Shown here: piece after piece, positions 1-7,520 of the stretch
Layout of the letters: every line of letters starts with the position of its first letter
How positions within the stretch are numbered: the first letter of the stretch is position 1
Assembly (NCBI RefSeq): GCF_003945235.1
Contig: NZ_RSDW01000001.1
Span: forward strand, 4,530,001-4,562,000
From: Edaphobacter aggregans
GTDB taxonomy: Bacteria; Acidobacteriota; Terriglobia; Terriglobales; Acidobacteriaceae
Length of the DNA stretch: 32,000 nucleotides
Direction: 5' to 3'
Translations under genes and position numbers: made by a program
The notes under the pieces: generated by a model
What the model was told of the DNA's origin: nothing
Databases searched by the model: none
What the model saw: the letters and a program-made list of their open reading frames with translations, nothing else

Positions 1-56
1 GCGGGCATAGCGGTATCGAGCAACGCGATCGATAAGTCTGAACGATTCATTTAGGG

Positions 57-103
57 GATGATGCAGATAGAAGAGGTTCCAAGACCTCTTCTTCTGCATC
101 ATC
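57..103 (+). other. Long imperfect hairpin: 20-bp stem with a single bulged T (pos 68) and a 6-nt loop. Possible terminator or RNA structure just after a possible upstream + strand stop codon (TAG 52-54).
   Basis: Base-by-base pairing of 57-77 with 84-103 (gatgatgcaga[t]agaagaggt / acctcttcttctgcatcatc). A T-rich sequence (gcattttggcggttttattt) follows. Confidence 0.5.
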
Positions 104-222
104 GCATTTTGGCGGTTTTATTTCTCCCTCTAAGTTGTAGGGAAGAAGCGGGGCGACGCCGACAGTTCCCGAGCGGAGTACCGGGAGTGTTCCGGTAAGA
201 TCCAGATTCTTTAGAATTGTCG

Positions 223-262
223 ATGAGTGCGAAGAGACTCTTCGCACTCATTTCTTTTTTCG
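223..262 (+). terminator. Rho-independent terminator-like hairpin: 14-nt perfect inverted repeat followed by a T-tract.
   Basis: atgagtgcgaagag (223-236), a (237), ctcttcgcactcat (238-251), then ttcttttttcg (252-262). Confidence 0.6.
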
Positions 263-500
263 AATGCTGCAGCCGAAGGGCAGACTAGTTGCAGAACGAC
301 TAACCCGCGCTCTTTCAAAACAATGATTTTCAAGCAGTTTTTAGCTGGGATGGTTTGGAGAACAAAACGAGAGCCTTACTTGCAGAGGGGCACCCTGGTT
401 CGACCTGTAACTATTGCTTTATTATTTTGTGTAGTGATCGAGAGTAGTATTGCGCTTTAGGCAATAGAATTCTGACTGTTTGGTGGAAATCATCCAATCG

Positions 501-1442
501 ATGCGATCTCCCAGAGTGACAATTGTTGTACCTGTGTATAACGGGGCAGTCTATCTCGGTGAAACTCTCGAGTCGTTGTTGACGCAGAGTTTTACGGATT
601 TCGAATTGCTCGTGATCAATGACGGAAGCACCGATGCTTCGGGCGATATCGTTCGATCTTTTAAGGACGATCGGATTCGCATGATTGTTCAGGAGAATGG
701 CGGACTTTGCCATGCTTTGAATCGGGGGATCGAAGAGGCGAAGGGTTCGTACATCGCTCGCAACGATCAGGATGACGTTAGCTTCCCTCATCGGTTAGAG
801 CGAGAATTGAAGGTGATGGAAGATCACCCTGACGCGATTGGACTTTTCTCCTACAACACAAAGTTTGGAAGCAAACACCGATGGTCAAACGCGGATAAGC
901 TCACCATGGTGGCGGGCGAGATCAGGGAATATGAGCCCCTCAAGGACGGAAGCCTGCTGGGTTCGACGATGTTCGTCCGAAGGGAGGCGCTGCAATCCAT
1001 TCATGGGTTCAGACAGTCGTACTACCCAGTGGACGACTGGGATCTTGAGTGCCGGTTGGCGCAGGCTGGCAAGGTACTGGTTTTGCAGGAACCGCTGGTC
1101 GCTTATCGTTTTCAAACAAGTGCAAATACTTATCGAGTGTTCGCCGAGATGCAGGAAAAGACGCGTTGGACGGAAGACTCTTACCACCGGCGTGTGCAAG
1201 GTGTTCCTGAGCTGACCTTTGATCAATTTATGATGACCCAGCCGCAGAATGGGTGGTCGCGGTTGGCCCGACGCCGCATCGATACGGCTAAGTTGCAGAT
1301 GCGCATTGCAGGGCAAGACTATCTTGATGGCCAGTACCTGGCGGCTGGCCTCCACTTGTCTGCGGCTGTGATGCTGAATCCTGCGGATATGGCCGGACGC
1401 CTATGGCGCTTGCTGGGCGGTTCGTCGTCTGAACCTGCGTGA
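501..1442 (+). CDS. Family 2 glycosyltransferase (GT-A fold).
   Basis: The N-terminus RVTIVVPVYNGAVYLGETLESLLTQSFTDFELLVINDGSTD and a NDQDD (DxD-like) motif are typical of GT2. The ATG at 501 is preferred over the TTG at 480 because GT2 proteins start a few residues before the VPxYN strand. Confidence 0.85.
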   Translation: MRSPRVTIVVPVYNGAVYLGETLESLLTQSFTDFELLVINDGSTDASGDIVRSFKDDRIRMIVQENGGLCHALNRGIEEAKGSYIARNDQDDVSFPHRLERELKVMEDHPDAIGLFSYNTKFGSKHRWSNADKLTMVAGEIREYEPLKDGSLLGSTMFVRREALQSIHGFRQSYYPVDDWDLECRLAQAGKVLVLQEPLVAYRFQTSANTYRVFAEMQEKTRWTEDSYHRRVQGVPELTFDQFMMTQPQNGWSRLARRRIDTAKLQMRIAGQDYLDGQYLAAGLHLSAAVMLNPADMAGRLWRLLGGSSSEPA

Positions 1443-1478
1443 AGCTTGTCGCTTCGGAATAAGAAGAGTAGCTAAAAG

Positions 1479-1525
1479 CACAAAGCCCGGAAGGAGGATT
1501 GTCCTGTCTGGGCTTCGTGTTTTGG
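1479..1525. terminator. Probable bidirectional terminator between the convergent GT2 and PEP-CTERM genes.
   Basis: cacaaagcccgga (1479-1491) pairs with tctgggcttcgtg (1507-1519), with one mismatch and one G-U pair. The inner agga/tcct extends the stem. ttttgg follows on the + strand and a T-run (gcttttag) follows on the - strand. Confidence 0.55.
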
Positions 1526-1566
1526 ATGGTGTAAATCGATGCACGGCAGAGGTGCCGTGAACGAGC

Positions 1567-2262
1567 TTAGCGGGCCAAGCGACGGCGTACGACGCCAGCA
1601 GCACCGATCAGGCCGGTTCCGAGCATCAGCAGAGTGCTGGGCTCTGGAACTGCACTGAACTGAGCATCGAAGTCCACGCCTGTAGCGGCGAGACCCGACT
1701 GCTGGACGACGAAGATCAGGCTATCCGAACCGGTGCCGGTGAAGCTGTAGCTGATGCTGTCAACGCTGATGCAGTTCGGCATGTTCGATTCGCACTTGGC
1801 GTCGTTCGACGACGTCAAGAGGCTATCAGACACGATCTTATTCGCCGAAGAGATGCTGTTGAGATAAACATCGATCGTATCGTCCGCCATTACATTCAGG
1901 GTGCCGGCGTACAGGACACCGTTGATGTCAGAGAACGAAGTCGTGTAGGTGTACGTGCCGTTCGGTGCAACCACTGCACCGCCGGGCTCCGTGCCCACGT
2001 TGTAGGAGACCCAAGAGGATTGAACTCCATAGGTATTTACCGCCGCGCTCCAGACTCCACCAGGATTGAGGTCGACAGTGGCGCCTCCGTTGAGGGGGGT
2101 GCTGGTGCTGTTAGCTGTAAATGAAAGAGCTGTGTTGTTTGCGCCGGCCGGCGTGGAGCCTGTCGAACCGTAGCTTGCTAGCGTTAGAGTGTCGGCGGAC
2201 GCGAAAGCGGTTGCGAGAACCAGTACCGCTCCCAGGGCAGAGACTTTCGAATAAAGCTTCAT
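1567..2262 (-). CDS. PEP-CTERM sorting-domain secreted protein (exosortase cargo).
   Basis: The C-terminus VPEPSTLLMLGTGLIGAAGVVRRRLAR shows PEP motif, hydrophobic helix and Arg cluster. The signal peptide is MKLYSKVSALGAVLVLATAFASA. The ATG at 2262 is preceded by GAGGAT about 8 nt upstream. The longer track ORF (to 2376) adds a non-signal-like extension. Confidence 0.85.
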   Translation of the reverse strand: MKLYSKVSALGAVLVLATAFASADTLTLASYGSTGSTPAGANNTALSFTANSTSTPLNGGATVDLNPGGVWSAAVNTYGVQSSWVSYNVGTEPGGAVVAPNGTYTYTTSFSDINGVLYAGTLNVMADDTIDVYLNSISSANKIVSDSLLTSSNDAKCESNMPNCISVDSISYSFTGTGSDSLIFVVQQSGLAATGVDFDAQFSAVPEPSTLLMLGTGLIGAAGVVRRRLAR

Positions 2263-2512
2263 TAGTGAATCCTCGTGGATGAGCCGCAATGTAGAGGCCT
2301 CGAATTGAATTGCACTTGCACCGAGGAAGAAGCATGTCGATAGCCATTGTTGCCGAGTCAAGTGAATTGGACTCAAGTTGGATAAGTGCTTGATCCTAAA
2401 TGGTGACGGGGTAACATTCTTTAGGTAACCAGGTCTAAAGTACCAAGTTTATTGTGAAATATTTTGCACACGGCATGGACAATATTTGGGCTAAGTCCTG
2501 CCGCGACTTGTT

Positions 2513-4210
2513 TTAAAGAGAGGAGGAATCGGAGGAGGGAGTGGGGTTAGAGATCTCTCGAGCGTAGACCTGATGGGAGATTTGGGGAGGGGCTTCGTCT
2601 CGGTGGAGGGAGCGGACATGGTCGTGGATCTGGTGGTCGCCAGCTGTATGGCGCTCTCGGGAGCGTAGGTAATCGAGCCAGGACTCCATGAGGAACGTTT
2701 CGTTGAGGTGTTCAGGGTCGGCGGCGTCGCGGAAGATGCCCCAGCGGATGGCACCATCGCGAAGGCGGACGTTGCGAAGCTGGTGGATGGCTTGGGAGAA
2801 CTCGGCGTAGTTTTCGATGGGAATGCGGTAGTCGATAGAGACGCGGACGGGGCCGTCGGTGGGCTGCTCGTCGACGCCGGGAATGGGGATGACCTGGGGT
2901 GCGGGGCGTTTCCACTGGTAAGGAGTGAAGTCGGGGGTCGGGCCTTGCAGGATGTGGAAGCGGCGGACGATGGGGTAGGTCAGGGCAAGGCCGCAGGCAG
3001 AGGCGACGAGGGCTTTGGGGGTGGAGGTGTGCTCCGCGATGAAGCCCCAGAGGATAGAGCCGAAGGCCATGCCTCCCTGGAAGGTCATGAGGTAGGTTCC
3101 GAGTGCTCGGGCTTGTACCCAGGCGGGAACGGCGAGCTGGACAGAGACGTTGAGGGTGGACATGGTGCTGGTCCAGGCGAACCCGGAGAGGAGGAGTGTG
3201 AGGATGACGATTGCGGGGATGTGAACGAAGGCGAGGATGAGGAGGGTGATGACGTTATAGAAGGTGGCGGCGGCGATGATGTTGTCGGCGGAGAAGCGGC
3301 GGCGGATGCGGGGGAGGGTGGTGGCGGCGATGACGGCTCCTAGGCCGAGGGAGCCGTTGAGGATGCCGTAGCCGAGGGCTCCCTGGCGGAGATCGGTGCG
3401 GGCTACGACGGCCAGCAAGGCCCAGATGGCGGAGATGAAGAAGGTATAGGTGAAGGCTCGGATGAGCGAGGACTGGAGTTCGGGGGCGTAACGGACGTAG
3501 CGGAGGCCGGAGCGGATGGATCCGGCGATGCGCTCGGAGGGGAGCGCGGATTTGAAGAGGGGGATGCGCTTCCAGTTGAAAAGGACCCAGATGACGCCGG
3601 CAAAGGAGAGGGCGTTGAGGAAGAAGACGGCTCCGGCTCCGGTGTGGACGCGCTTTTGGAAGGCGGCGACCATGAGTCCGCCAAGTGCGGGGCCAACGGC
3701 TCGGGCTAGATTGTTGCTGGCGGCGTTGAGGGAGACGGTGTCGGGGATGAGTTCGCGGGGGACTAGCTCGGGGACGATGGCTTGCCAGGCGGGGTTGTTC
3801 ATGGCTGAGCCGATGTTGAGCAGGAAGGTGAAGGCTAGCAGTGCCCACGGGGAGACGTAGCCGATGAAGGTGAGGATGGCGAGGATGCCGACGGAGACGA
3901 GCATCCAGGCCTGCCAGAAGATGAGGAGCTTGCGGCGATCGAAGAGGTCGGCGGTGGCGCCTGCGAGGAGGCCGAAGAGAAGGACGGGGAGGCTGGCCGC
4001 CGTCTGCATGAGGGCGATGAGGAGGGGCGATGGGGTGAGGGAGGTCATCAGCCAGGTGCCGGCGGTGTCCTGCATCCAGGTACCGACCGAGGAGACCGTG
4101 CTGGCGATCCAGCGGTCGCGGAAGAGGGGGATCTTGAGCGGGGCGAAGCCGCTGAGGGTGGGGTCGGCGACGGCGACGAGCGGGCCGGTGTTTGGGGTTT
4201 CTAAAGGCAT
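2513..4210 (-). CDS. MFS transporter (EntS/MFS_3-like, about 12 TM) with a C-terminal soluble extension of about 110 aa.
   Basis: The N-terminus LFRDRWIASTVSSVGTWMQDTAGTWLMTSLT and repeated hydrophobic segments are typical of this MFS subgroup. The last roughly 110 aa (VRVSIDYRIPIENYAEFSQAIHQLRNVRLRDGAIRWGIFRD...) are hydrophilic. Confidence 0.85.
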   Translation of the reverse strand: MPLETPNTGPLVAVADPTLSGFAPLKIPLFRDRWIASTVSSVGTWMQDTAGTWLMTSLTPSPLLIALMQTAASLPVLLFGLLAGATADLFDRRKLLIFWQAWMLVSVGILAILTFIGYVSPWALLAFTFLLNIGSAMNNPAWQAIVPELVPRELIPDTVSLNAASNNLARAVGPALGGLMVAAFQKRVHTGAGAVFFLNALSFAGVIWVLFNWKRIPLFKSALPSERIAGSIRSGLRYVRYAPELQSSLIRAFTYTFFISAIWALLAVVARTDLRQGALGYGILNGSLGLGAVIAATTLPRIRRRFSADNIIAAATFYNVITLLILAFVHIPAIVILTLLLSGFAWTSTMSTLNVSVQLAVPAWVQARALGTYLMTFQGGMAFGSILWGFIAEHTSTPKALVASACGLALTYPIVRRFHILQGPTPDFTPYQWKRPAPQVIPIPGVDEQPTDGPVRVSIDYRIPIENYAEFSQAIHQLRNVRLRDGAIRWGIFRDAADPEHLNETFLMESWLDYLRSRERHTAGDHQIHDHVRSLHRDEAPPQISHQVYAREISNPTPSSDSSSL

Positions 4211-4267
4211 CGCTGGATTTAGTTTACGGCTCGGGCGCGGAGAAGGTTTTGTGTGGGTTGAATCTTA

Positions 4268-4281
4268 TTTCGATATCGAAA
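4268..4281. promoter_or_regulatory. Perfect 14-bp palindrome in the MFS/MarR divergent intergenic region. Candidate MarR operator.
   Basis: TTTCGATATCGAAA is its own reverse complement. It sits 38 nt upstream of the marR-like ATG and 58 nt upstream of the MFS ATG. Confidence 0.5.
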
Positions 4282-4318
4282 CATCTTATGTCGTAGAGTT
4301 TGAGATTTGGAGGCGGCG

Positions 4319-4780
4319 ATGGCAGGGACGGCAGAGACAACGGCTCCTAAGTTGTGGGTGGTTCTGGCCAGGGCTTATGGCTCGCTGGCGGCTTTTGTGG
4401 AGCGGCGTGTGGAGGCGGAAGGGCTTTGCCTGAGCGACTTTATGGTGCTGGAGGTTCTGCTGCACAAGGGGCCGATGACGATGTCGGCGATTGCAGAGAA
4501 GGTGCTGTTGGCGAATGCTTCGATGACATCGGCGATTGATCGCCTGGATGAGATGGGTTTTGTCGTGAGGAAGGGAAGCAAGGGCGACCGGAGGGTTCGG
4601 ATTGTGGAGCTGACTGCGGAAGGGCGCAAGTTCATTACACAGATGTATGAACGGCACGAACGGGAGCTCGAGGATTTGATGAGCGGAATTCCTGTGGCGG
4701 AGAGGGCGGCGCTTCGGCGAGGACTCAAGAAGATTGGGCTGGCGGCACAGGCTGCTGTTGATGGATCGACGAAGGATTGA
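4319..4780 (+). CDS. MarR family transcriptional regulator.
   Basis: Winged-helix signature: MTMSAIAEKVLLANASMTSAIDRLDEMGFVVRKGSKGDRRVRIVELTAEGRK. The ATG at 4319 has GGAGG 5 nt upstream. The track start at 4307 is a TTG 12 nt upstream in the same frame. Confidence 0.85.
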   Translation: MAGTAETTAPKLWVVLARAYGSLAAFVERRVEAEGLCLSDFMVLEVLLHKGPMTMSAIAEKVLLANASMTSAIDRLDEMGFVVRKGSKGDRRVRIVELTAEGRKFITQMYERHERELEDLMSGIPVAERAALRRGLKKIGLAAQAAVDGSTKD

Positions 4781-4826
4781 GTAACGAGTTTGGGTTTTAT
4801 CGAGGCAGAAGAAAGGGAGAAACAGA

Positions 4827-5531
4827 ATGATTACCGTACGCAAGAGCAATGAGAGAGGTCATGCAAACCACGGATGGCTGGATTCGCACCATACATTTTC
4901 GTTTGCCAATTACTACGATCCGAAGCACATGGGATTTGGTCCGCTGCGCGTGATCAATGAGGATCGGGTGGCTCCAGGACGGGGTTTTGGGGCGCATCAG
5001 CATCGCGACATGGAGATCCTGAGCTATGTGCTGAAGGGCAAGTTGGCGCATAAGGACAGCATGGGTCATACGGAGGTGTTGGGGCCGAACGAGATCCAGA
5101 GGATGTCGGCTGGCAGTGGTGTGACGCATAGTGAGTTCAACGGTTCGGATTCAGAGCCGGTCCACTTTTTCCAGATATGGATTGAGCCCAAGAGTAACGG
5201 GACGACGCCGAGCTATGAGCAGTTGAAGTTCGAGCCGGAGGAGAAGCTGAACCGGTTCAAGGTACTGGCTTCGCAGAAGAAGGTTGATGGTGCGGCTACG
5301 ATCAATCAGGATGCGAGTGTTTCGGTTGCGGAGATTGCTCCGGGACAGGAGTTAACATATGGGCTTGGAGCGGGACGATCGGCCTGGGTGCATGTGATTC
5401 AGGGCGAGGTCTCGTTGAATGGCACGACGCTGAAGACGGGCGATGCGGCTGCGGTCAGCAAAGAGACGGCACTGAAGGTTGTTGCTGCTGGCGATGCGAA
5501 CAGTGAAGTGCTGGTGTTCGATCTGGCATAA
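4827..5531 (+). CDS. Pirin family (bicupin) protein.
   Basis: The sequence RKSNERGHANHGWLDSHHTFSFANYYDPKHMGFGPLRVINEDRVAPGRGFGAHQHRDMEILSYVLKG matches the pirin N-terminal cupin. RBS AAGGGAG lies upstream. Confidence 0.9.
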   Translation: MITVRKSNERGHANHGWLDSHHTFSFANYYDPKHMGFGPLRVINEDRVAPGRGFGAHQHRDMEILSYVLKGKLAHKDSMGHTEVLGPNEIQRMSAGSGVTHSEFNGSDSEPVHFFQIWIEPKSNGTTPSYEQLKFEPEEKLNRFKVLASQKKVDGAATINQDASVSVAEIAPGQELTYGLGAGRSAWVHVIQGEVSLNGTTLKTGDAAAVSKETALKVVAAGDANSEVLVFDLA

Positions 5532-5571
5532 GACTTAACACCGATTTGCACCGATAACACCGATTAGAACG

Positions 5572-5622
5572 GGCGACCACGGATTTCGCGAATGAACGCG
5601 GATTCTGCGGTCGCCTTTTTTT
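5572..5622 (+). terminator. Terminator-like structure after the pirin gene: outer GC stem plus T7 tract.
   Basis: ggcgacc (5572-5578) pairs with ggtcgcc (5609-5615) and is followed by ttttttt (5616-5622). The 30-nt interior contains cggatt-type short repeats. Confidence 0.5.
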
Positions 5623-5627
5623 CTGAG

Positions 5628-7331
5628 CTACGCTACTTCGACTTGAATGGTCTTTGCGTCTGGGTTCAGGTTGATTATGCGGAAGCTGCGGGTTTGGCCT
5701 GCGCGGATCGCTTCGGATTTGGATTCGGTGGCGGGGCCAGACTTCCACTTTGCTTTGAGCATGGAGCTTAGCGCGGAGAGGTCGACCTGGCCTGTTGCTG
5801 CGGGCTCGGCTGCGGCTGGAGTCGCGTCGGGTAGGGTGCAGTGGGCCTGAACGCCTTCGCCGAAGGCTACAGTGGCTCGGTTGCCGGAAATTTCGATGAG
5901 GCGACCGGTGATGATGTCGCCGGGTTTGTGCTCGGCTATGAACTCGTCGAGGCCTGTGGGCGCGGATTGCTTGATGCTCAGGCGGAGCTGGCGCTTTTCT
6001 TTGTCAAGGTCGAGGATTTTGGCTTTGACGATCTGGCCGGCGCGGAGGACATCCTGTGGGCGCTCGATGCGCTTTTCGGCGCTGATCTCGCTGACGTGGA
6101 TCATGCCTTCGATGCCTTCGGCTAGTTGGACGAAGGCTCCGAATTTGGTGAAGTTGGTGATGGGACCTTCGATGATGGAGCCGATGGGGAACTTTTCGGC
6201 GGCGTCCGCCCAAGGGTCGCCGATAGCTTGTTTGAGACCGAGGGCTATGCGGCGCTCGATGAGTTGAATGCTGAGGATGAGGGCTTCGACGACATCGCCT
6301 GGTTTGAGGAGGTCGCCGGGCTTGCGGACTTTTTTGGCCCAAGACATCTCGCTGACGTGGATCATACCTTCGATGCCGGGCTCGAGTTCGACGAAGGCAC
6401 CGAAGTCGGTGACGCGGGTGACGGCACCACGAATGCGTTCGCCAGCGGTGTATTTGGTGGGCACGACGTCCCAGGGGTGTGGCTGTAGTTGCTTGAGGCC
6501 GAGAGCGATGCGGCGGGTCTCAGGGTCGATCTTGAGGATCTTGGCGTCGATGGACTGGCCGGCGGTGAGGACGTCGGAGGGCTTGGCGATGCGGTTCCAG
6601 GCGATGTCGCTGATGTGGAGAAGGCCGTCGACGCCGCCGATGTCTACGAAGGCACCGTAGTCGTTGAGGGTGCGTATGGTGCCGGAGACGATGTCGCCTT
6701 CGCGGAGTTCGGTGTAGCGGCGGTCGCGGGTGGCGCGGCCTTCTTCTTCGGTGACGGCGCGGCGGTCGACGACTACGTCTTCGTCGGTGGAGTCGAGTTT
6801 GGTAATGCGGACGCGAATCTCCTGGCCGACAAGCTTTTCCATCTCAGCTGCGTCGCGGGCTCCGCTGCGGGATGCTGGGAGGAAGGCGCGGACGCCTACG
6901 TCGACAGTGAGGCCGCCTTTGACTACGGCGGTGACTGTTCCGGCGATGATGGATTTTTCGGAGAAGGCTTGTTCGAGGGAGGTCCAGTCTTTGGGTTGCG
7001 CGACTTTGTGGCGGGAGAGGGTGTAGTAGCCCTCTTCGTTGCGGCCTTTGACGGTGACGAGGAGTTTCGTGCCGGGCTCGATGGTCTCGCCTGCATCGGT
7101 GAAGAGGGCGAGGGGTAGGACGCCTTCGGTTTTGTAGCCTATGTCGACGTAGACGGAGTCAGTGGAGACAGTGACGACTGTGCCTTCAATCTGGCGGGGG
7201 CCAGTTTCGCCGGTGGGGCGGGCGTGGCTGCGCTCGTATTCGGCGAAGAGCTGACCGAAGGACTCGGTGGTTTCGGTGGGCTCGTTGGATTCGGGGGTGG
7301 GGTTTGAATCGGGGGTCGTGGGGGTCGACAT
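5628..7331 (-). CDS. rpsA: 30S ribosomal protein S1.
   Basis: Six tandem S1 (OB-fold) domains carry repeated FGAFV...G..G(L/M)(I/L)H(I/V)S(E/D) motifs. The start at the ATG at 7331 (MSTPTTPDS...) is chosen because the upstream 83 codons of the track ORF are not S1-like and would overlap the divergent gene. Confidence 0.93.
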   Translation of the reverse strand: MSTPTTPDSNPTPESNEPTETTESFGQLFAEYERSHARPTGETGPRQIEGTVVTVSTDSVYVDIGYKTEGVLPLALFTDAGETIEPGTKLLVTVKGRNEEGYYTLSRHKVAQPKDWTSLEQAFSEKSIIAGTVTAVVKGGLTVDVGVRAFLPASRSGARDAAEMEKLVGQEIRVRITKLDSTDEDVVVDRRAVTEEEGRATRDRRYTELREGDIVSGTIRTLNDYGAFVDIGGVDGLLHISDIAWNRIAKPSDVLTAGQSIDAKILKIDPETRRIALGLKQLQPHPWDVVPTKYTAGERIRGAVTRVTDFGAFVELEPGIEGMIHVSEMSWAKKVRKPGDLLKPGDVVEALILSIQLIERRIALGLKQAIGDPWADAAEKFPIGSIIEGPITNFTKFGAFVQLAEGIEGMIHVSEISAEKRIERPQDVLRAGQIVKAKILDLDKEKRQLRLSIKQSAPTGLDEFIAEHKPGDIITGRLIEISGNRATVAFGEGVQAHCTLPDATPAAAEPAATGQVDLSALSSMLKAKWKSGPATESKSEAIRAGQTRSFRIINLNPDAKTIQVEVA

Positions 7332-7520
7332 GAACTGCGGGTGCCTCGAAAAGTGTGGTCTGGCTAGCATATCACCGCGTGCCGTGTGTGCGTTTTGTGC
7401 GGGTGCAAGGCGGAACTGAAGTTTGTTGTGGCTTCGAACGGATATGATTCCAAGCGAAGTGGTTCTGTGGAATGCTTGCGCGATAATTTCTTTTGAGATG
7501 AAGGGGGAAGTGCTCTGTCC

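Noticed and set aside
385-415. A GGTTCGA T-loop-like motif suggesting a tRNA or tRNA fragment (possible att site).
   Set aside because: The flanking bases cannot form the 5-bp T-stem, and no acceptor, D or anticodon arms can be drawn around it.
47-460. Track ORFs 47-247 (- strand, 66 aa) and 227-460 (+ strand, 77 aa).
   Set aside because: Both read through perfect inverted repeats, giving palindromic peptide artefacts such as DDAEEEVLEPLL. They lie in an AT-rich region, lack an RBS and show no motif.
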